Below the pieces are notes generated by a model. The model saw nothing but the letters and a program-made list of their open reading frames with translations, did no database searches and had not been told where the DNA came from. Shown piece after piece: positions 58,651-64,000 of a DNA stretch of 64,000 nucleotides (within the stretch, counting starts at the first letter, position 1; each line of letters starts with the position of its first letter). The stretch is from contig OZ253580.1 in assembly GCA_965263035.1 (NCBI GenBank), positions 1,952,001 through 2,016,000 on the forward strand, given 5' to 3'. A program made the translations under genes and the position numbers. Source of the DNA: Acidobacteriota bacterium. Its GTDB lineage: Bacteria > Acidobacteriota > UBA6911 > RPQK01 > JAJDTT01.

Positions 58651-60264
58651 ATGCTTACCGTTCGAACCTCGGTGGCTGCCGGCTGGATCTTGTTGGCTTC
58701 TGCCTCGACGGCCGCCGTGGGGCCATCCCAGAGCGACCAAGAGCGCCGCGAGCAGATGCTCCAGGAGGAGCAGGAAGACTACTACCGGAAATGGCTCAAG
58801 GAGGACGTGGTCTACATCATCACCCGCGAGGAACGGGAGATCTTCGAGAGTCTGACTGCCGACGACGAGCGGGACGCCTTTATCGAGCAGTTCTGGAGGC
58901 GGAGAGACCCGGACTCCAAAACCTCCTACAACGAGTTCAAGGAGGAGCACTACCGCCGCATCGCCTACGCCAACGAACGCTACGCCTCCGGTGTGGAGGG
59001 CTGGTATACGGACCGGGGCCGCATCTACATCAGCTACGGCCCCCCCAACACCATTGACGATCACATGGGCGGCATCTATCGCCGCCGCCCCGAAGAGGGA
59101 GGCGGCTGGACCAGCACCTACGCCTTCCAGCGCTGGTTCTACAACCACCTTCCGGGCGTGGGATCGGGGATCGAGATCGAGTTCGTGGACGCCAGCAAGA
59201 CGGGGGAATACAAGCTGGCCCTGAGGCCTTCCGAGAAGGACGCCCTCTGGGTGAGCGGAGGAGGACCGACCCGTTGGGAACAGATGGGTCTGGCGACCCG
59301 TGACGGAAGCATGGTCTCCGACCTGGCCATGCGACGCCTGGGTCTGGAAACCGAGCCCATGTTCATGAGAGGAGCCAAGCCCTTCGACCGCCTGCGCCAA
59401 TACTTCGACCTTCGCAGACCTCCCGAGTTCAAGTTCGAAAAGCTGGCGACCGAGGTGGAGACCCGGATTCTGTACAATCCGATCCCTCTGAAGGTGGTGT
59501 CCGCCGTCTACCGGGTGGGGCAGAACGCCTTCCTGATTCCTCTGACGGTCCAGATCCCGGCGACCGAACTGTCGTACGCGCAGTTCGGAGATTCGAACCA
59601 ACGGGCCACGGTGGAGATCTACGGCAGGGTCGAGGACCTGTCCGGGAAGGTCGTCTACGAGTTCGAGGACACGCTGGCGGGAGACAAGGGAGTCGACGAG
59701 ATTCTGAGTACGGAGACCCATTTCCTCTACCAGAAGCAGATTCCGCTCCGGCCGGGACGCTTCAAGTTCAGTCTGGTGGCCAAGGACACGCGCAGCCAGC
59801 GTGTGTCCCAGGCAGCGACCTCGATTCACGTCGGCGAGTCGAAGGCCGGGAATCTGGCGACCAGCAGCCTCATCCTGGCGGACGGGTTCGCCTCCTCCGC
59901 ACGGGAAGAGACGCTCTCCGACCCCTTCAACACACCCAGCGGCCTGAAGGTCTTTCCCAACATCACCCGCCAGTTCCGGAATGGATCGAAGCTGCACGTC
60001 TACACCGAGATCTACGAGCTGCAGGTGGACCAGGCCGCGCTGGCGCCGCTGGTCCAGGCCAAGCTCCGGCTCTTCCACGGCCGGGACGAGATCCTGGTGC
60101 AGGAGCCCAGGATGATCCAACTGGACGATCGGGTCGTACTGATTCAGGAGGTGGAGCTCAAGGATCTGCGGCCCGGCTTATACCGGATCATGCTGCAGGT
60201 GCAGGACCAGGTTTCAGGTCAGTCGCTGGTGGAGCCGGCGAGCTTCGAGATCAGGCCGAGTTGA
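58651..60264 (+). CDS. GWxTD domain protein
   Basis: WLKEDVVYII, FWRRRDP, EEHYRRIAYAN, GWYTDRGRIYI. Confidence 0.92.
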   Translation: MLTVRTSVAAGWILLASASTAAVGPSQSDQERREQMLQEEQEDYYRKWLKEDVVYIITREEREIFESLTADDERDAFIEQFWRRRDPDSKTSYNEFKEEHYRRIAYANERYASGVEGWYTDRGRIYISYGPPNTIDDHMGGIYRRRPEEGGGWTSTYAFQRWFYNHLPGVGSGIEIEFVDASKTGEYKLALRPSEKDALWVSGGGPTRWEQMGLATRDGSMVSDLAMRRLGLETEPMFMRGAKPFDRLRQYFDLRRPPEFKFEKLATEVETRILYNPIPLKVVSAVYRVGQNAFLIPLTVQIPATELSYAQFGDSNQRATVEIYGRVEDLSGKVVYEFEDTLAGDKGVDEILSTETHFLYQKQIPLRPGRFKFSLVAKDTRSQRVSQAATSIHVGESKAGNLATSSLILADGFASSAREETLSDPFNTPSGLKVFPNITRQFRNGSKLHVYTEIYELQVDQAALAPLVQAKLRLFHGRDEILVQEPRMIQLDDRVVLIQEVELKDLRPGLYRIMLQVQDQVSGQSLVEPASFEIRPS

Positions 60265-60282
60265 TCCGGATCGTTGGCTTGG

Positions 60283-60912
60283 ATCGGGTCGAGTGCAGGG
60301 GATTGCGCCCCTGCACCCTCCCACACCACCGGACGTACCGTTTTCAGTATCCGGCGGTTGGAGTCACTCGAGGCTCTTTCGAGCCTCGTAAAGGGCCTTT
60401 CTTTCCGGTTTTCGCCGCCGCTGGGACTTGATCTCCGCCCTTCCGGCTTGACGGGTTCCACCCTTGGGCCTTCCGTGCCGGGTCCGAGGGGCCTCCCCCC
60501 GCCCCGTTTCCGGAGGTAGTTGCGATCCCGCTGACGAGTCCACCATAGGGCCCGTCCGACTCCTTCGGTCCTTCGCTCCACCGGCATTATCCGGCTTCTT
60601 CGCTACTATGACCTCTGCTGACTTCTCAAAGGCTCTCACCCTTGAGATCTCCCCGAGTAAGGTGCTGCATCTTTCCCCCCGGGCCGCCCGGCTCTACCTG
60701 GTACGTCTGGATGGGGTTCGGGTTTCGCTGTTGCTCGCCAGCTCACCGCCCGCACCCGGCCTCGCTGCCGGTTCGTGTTCCTGCGGTCGTGGGTTTGCCT
60801 TCCGCTTCCTTCAGCTTCACCTCGCGGCTACGCCTTGCGGTTCGGCTAGGGTTGGTCCCATCACCTCCCTTGGGATCTTTCATCCCTTAGATACAGCCCA
60901 TGTCGGGCGCAC
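60283..60912 (-). ncRNA. ORF-less group IIC intron
   Basis: 5' GTGCGCCCGACATGGG; domain V/VI AACCGCCGGATAC...GTACGTCCGGTGGTGTGGGAGGG...CGACCCGAT 3'; no RT ORF; follows a hairpin. Confidence 0.88.
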
Positions 60913-60970
60913 GAGCGGCGGCTTTCTTGCCGCCGACCAGGGGGGCAAAGGGGGGACGGAGTCCCCACTT
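60913..60970. repeat. REP-like palindrome (intron target)
   Basis: GAGCGGCGGCTTTCTTGCCGCCG identical to the 17723 REP. Confidence 0.8.
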
Positions 60971-61136
60971 TACACTCTCCGGCCGCCGAACTCCGAGAGC
61001 AACACAGAAGTCCTTCACCGGCCGTCCTCCAGCGCGATCCAACCAGAAAAACCGGGTGGATGGGAGCAACAGCTTTCCAGCCGCCGGGTTCGGGTCGGTG
61101 ATGAAGACGGGGGACAAGACTGTCCCCCCTCCCAGG

Positions 61137-62060
61137 TCAATTCGCCTTCAGCCGGGTGAAGGCTTCCATTTCCCGCGCCGCATTCTCAATCTGATCCTGC
61201 TCCTGATAGATCTGGGCCAGGATGTAGTGCGGCTCAGCCAGATCGGGGTCGAGCTCCACACACTTCAGGGCCGAAGAGACGGCTTTCTCCAGCCGTCCCA
61301 GCTCCCGGTAGGCCTTGGCCAGGAGCAGGTGCAGATGGCTCGGGGGAAGAGCGGTCAGCGTGACGTAGAGCCGCCGGCTCTTGGCCACCGCCACCGCCCG
61401 GCGATCACGGCTGTAGAACCCGGTCTCGGCGATTTGCAGATGCCCCAACGCTTCCGCCGCCTGTCCCTGCTTCAGCAGCATCTCCGCCAACTCGAGCCGG
61501 GCCACCACGTTCTTGGGATAGAGTCCGATCTCGGCGGCAAGCTCTCGAATGGTGTCTTCCGCGGCCCCGTTGTTTCGATGGACCCGGGCCATATGGTAGT
61601 GCAGCGTGGGAAAGCTGTAATCGGTTGCGGCGATGGAACTGAACTCCTCCAAGGCCTGTCCGAGACGGTTGAGCTCGTGGTAGGTCCGGCCCAGGTAGAA
61701 GCGGGTCATCAGGTTCGTCCCATCCATCTCGACGGCCCGCTGCAACAGGGGCAGGGCTTCTTCCTGCCCCTGTTGCTGGAGCAGGATGACGGCCAGGTCG
61801 AAGTGACGGCCGGGCTGGTCCGGCCCCAGCTCGACGGATCGTCTCAGGCTCGCTTCGGCCTCGGGCAACTGCCGCAACTGGGCGAAGATCAGTCCCTGGA
61901 GATGATGGCCGGCGGCGTTGTCGGGGTCCTCCGCCAGGAGCTCGCGGGTGACGGCCAAGGCTTCAGGGTAGTTCCTCTGCTGAAAGTGGCGGACCGCCTC
62001 GTCGTAGCTCTGACCCCAGAGCGGCAGGAAGCCGAGGCCCCAGACGAGTGTCGCAAGCAT
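61137..62060 (-). CDS. Tetratricopeptide repeat protein
   Basis: Signal peptide MLATLVWGLGFLPLWGQ; repeated TPR helices (AAGHHLQG, RFYLGRTY, PHYILAQIY). Confidence 0.85.
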   Translation of the reverse strand: MLATLVWGLGFLPLWGQSYDEAVRHFQQRNYPEALAVTRELLAEDPDNAAGHHLQGLIFAQLRQLPEAEASLRRSVELGPDQPGRHFDLAVILLQQQGQEEALPLLQRAVEMDGTNLMTRFYLGRTYHELNRLGQALEEFSSIAATDYSFPTLHYHMARVHRNNGAAEDTIRELAAEIGLYPKNVVARLELAEMLLKQGQAAEALGHLQIAETGFYSRDRRAVAVAKSRRLYVTLTALPPSHLHLLLAKAYRELGRLEKAVSSALKCVELDPDLAEPHYILAQIYQEQDQIENAAREMEAFTRLKAN

Positions 62061-62191
62061 CCGTTTCGAGTTTTTCTGAAACTGTCGTGCGGGACGCCTG
62101 GGATCTGAAGCTGGCACCAACCGAATGGTACAATCCACGCAAACCTCCAACAAGGCCGGCTCGGAGAGGCCGAACGACCGGGAACCGCTGG

Positions 62192-62350
62192 GAGCCTGCG
62201 CGGCAGAAATTGATCTACTGCGAAAGCGGTAGAATCGGTCCATATTTCCCCGATTTCTCGGCGAATAGAACGACTATGCACCTCAAAATCGAGAAAATCT
62301 GGCCTCGATTCCCCGCTTTCTCGCTACGATCATTCCTGCCGCGCAGACTC
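62192..62350. mobile_element. MITE family B, copy 3
   Basis: Near-identical to 17879-18037; flanks CTGG/CTCG. Confidence 0.9.
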
Positions 62351-62353
62351 CTC

Positions 62354-64000
62354 GTGGGAAAGAAGACGATTCCTCCCGTCAGAATCCGGCTCGGCGCCGT
62401 CCTCTGGCTCGGATGCTGCCTCTGGCCATCCGCCTGGGCCCAGGATCTCCCCTCCTTCAAGACGGCGACGGAACTGGTTCTGGTGGATCTGGTGGCGACC
62501 GACCGGGATGGCAATTTCGTTTGGGATCTGCGTCCCGACGAGCTGGAAGTGCTGGAAGACGGCAGGCGCCAGACAGTGACGTTCTTCAGCCTGCAGAACC
62601 GAGGGGCTCCAGTCCCGGAGAGAGCACCGGAGAAACCTGGGCAACCGGCACCGAGCGCCAGCAGTGTGCCAGTTCAGAGGATCGAAGAGGGATACCACGT
62701 CTTCCTGATGGACCTGCACAGCATGCCCTTCGATGCACTGGGCCGCAGCAAGGAGGCCGTTCGTGGCTTCGTCGAGTCACGCCTGGGTCCAAACGACCAG
62801 GTGATGCTGGCCACCATTCGCCACCGGCTTCGGATCAATCAGACCTTCACCAGGGACATCGACAAGTTCAGCCGGGCGCTGGCCCGGGTGCCCTTCAAAC
62901 CTCGATTGGAGGGCAATTTCAGTCGTTTCATGGAGAAGATGGACGACATCTTCGCCGATATGGGTGCCCTCGGTGTGGCCAACGATCCGAGCCTGGCTCA
63001 GGGAAACGCGGAAGAACTGGCCCCACAGATCGAAGGAGCGATCCAGATCGCCGCGGGAGAATCGCGGCAGTTCCTCTCCCAGATGGAAATCCAGGTGGCG
63101 TTCAGCTGCGCCGCCATCGGGGCCCTGGCCCGCCATCTGCGTTCTCTTCCGGGACGCAAACACCTGCTGCTGATCTCGGCCGGATACCCGCTGAACGCCC
63201 GGACCGTCATGAAGAACATCATCCGGGAGCGTGCCGCAACGTTTGCCCCGAACCAGTACCCACAGGTCCACATGCTCGTGAACAGCAGCATGGCGGGTTC
63301 GGGCCGGCGGAGCAGCTTCGAGTCCCGGTTGCGGTCCGTCATCGACCAGGCGAATCGATCGCAGGTCTCGGTCTACAGCATCGATCCCCGGGGACTGATG
63401 CCCCCGGCCATTTCATATGCCGGGACCAGGCAATCGGGTAGCCATTTGTACGCATCCCACTCGAATCAGGACATCACGGCTCCTCAGGATTTTCTGACCA
63501 CCCTGTCCTCGGGCACCGGAGGACTCTCCTTTCTGAACGACAACGACATGGCGCGAGGCATCGGGAAGGCCTTCGACGACGGGCGCAGCTACTATCTGCT
63601 GGGCTACGCGCCCCGCGCGAAGCGGAAGCCCGGCAAGTTCCACGAGATCCGGGTCAAGCTGGCGCGCAAGGGCGTCAAGCTTCGTTATCGCAGAGGCTAC
63701 GTCGACACGGACCCGGAACAGACCGCGCATGCGGATCTGGCCAACGCTTTCAAGTTTCCCGAACCGTTCCGGGATTTCCCCTTCCGGGTCCAGGTCTCCA
63801 ACCAGACGGGAAAGTTGAAGGTCCGCACCTTGATTCCGACGCGTTCTTTCGCTTTTTCGCGGAATGGCGGGAAGAACCGTTGCGTCATGGAGATGTTCGG
63901 TGCGCTGGTCGACGATTCAGGCAAGTGGGTGGGTGAGGATTTTCTCTTTTTCAAACGTCTGGATCTGGATCTGGACAGGGAGGGTCTGAATCTGTTTCAG
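62354..64000 (+). CDS. Acidobacterial VWFA-related domain protein, runs off the right edge
   Basis: Hand translation: signal peptide, FKTATELVLVDLVATDRDG..DLRPDELEVLEDGRRQ, LPGRKHLLLIS, VYSIDPRGL, YYLLGYAP, FHEIRVKL. Confidence 0.88.
   Translation, partial: MGKKTIPPVRIRLGAVLWLGCCLWPSAWAQDLPSFKTATELVLVDLVATDRDGNFVWDLRPDELEVLEDGRRQTVTFFSLQNRGAPVPERAPEKPGQPAPSASSVPVQRIEEGYHVFLMDLHSMPFDALGRSKEAVRGFVESRLGPNDQVMLATIRHRLRINQTFTRDIDKFSRALARVPFKPRLEGNFSRFMEKMDDIFADMGALGVANDPSLAQGNAEELAPQIEGAIQIAAGESRQFLSQMEIQVAFSCAAIGALARHLRSLPGRKHLLLISAGYPLNARTVMKNIIRERAATFAPNQYPQVHMLVNSSMAGSGRRSSFESRLRSVIDQANRSQVSVYSIDPRGLMPPAISYAGTRQSGSHLYASHSNQDITAPQDFLTTLSSGTGGLSFLNDNDMARGIGKAFDDGRSYYLLGYAPRAKRKPGKFHEIRVKLARKGVKLRYRRGYVDTDPEQTAHADLANAFKFPEPFRDFPFRVQVSNQTGKLKVRTLIPTRSFAFSRNGGKNRCVMEMFGALVDDSGKWVGEDFLFFKRLDLDLDREGLNLFQ

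Noticed and set aside
1-64000. tRNA, rRNA, retron or DGR reverse transcriptase
   Set aside because: No cloverleaf, rRNA-like tract or RT (YADD) ORF seen by eye; a covariance-model scan would be needed to exclude small RNAs.

Overview
GC-rich bacterial window. The GWxTD, VWFA-related, PVC-type CxxCH and FG-GAP proteins suggest Acidobacteriota or a similar PVC-like, possibly host-associated lineage (inference). The core (about 9.6-46.5 kb and 53.5-64 kb) encodes glycan/sulfate scavenging: six paralogous beta-propeller GH32/GH43-like proteins, two sialidase-like proteins, two sulfatases, an esterase, a Na+/solute symporter and oxidoreductases. It is heavily invaded by two IS1380s, one IS1182, two MITE families, REPs/REPINs, an ORF-less group IIC intron and a solo TnpB. 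Three things stand out. (1) At 1-9.4 kb, an integron-like array is punctuated by six co-oriented 23-26 bp near-palindromic sites (GGGAGARGGGGACAGTYAYCTTCTC). Several genes and IS fragments are cut at or within a few bp of these sites, and the cargo includes a DUF3696-ATPase/TOPRIM-like/DUF262 (Menshen-like) defence operon, a second ABC ATPase, a GNAT and OsmC. (2) At 50-53 kb there is a CBASS system (HNH-SAVED, CD-NTase, E2-SEC-C). (3) The catalytically intact TnpB is bracketed by 22-bp terminal inverted repeats instead of normal IS605 ends, and a third copy of that repeat lies just upstream of CBASS. All calls come from reading the sequence and recognising motifs; no database searches were run.
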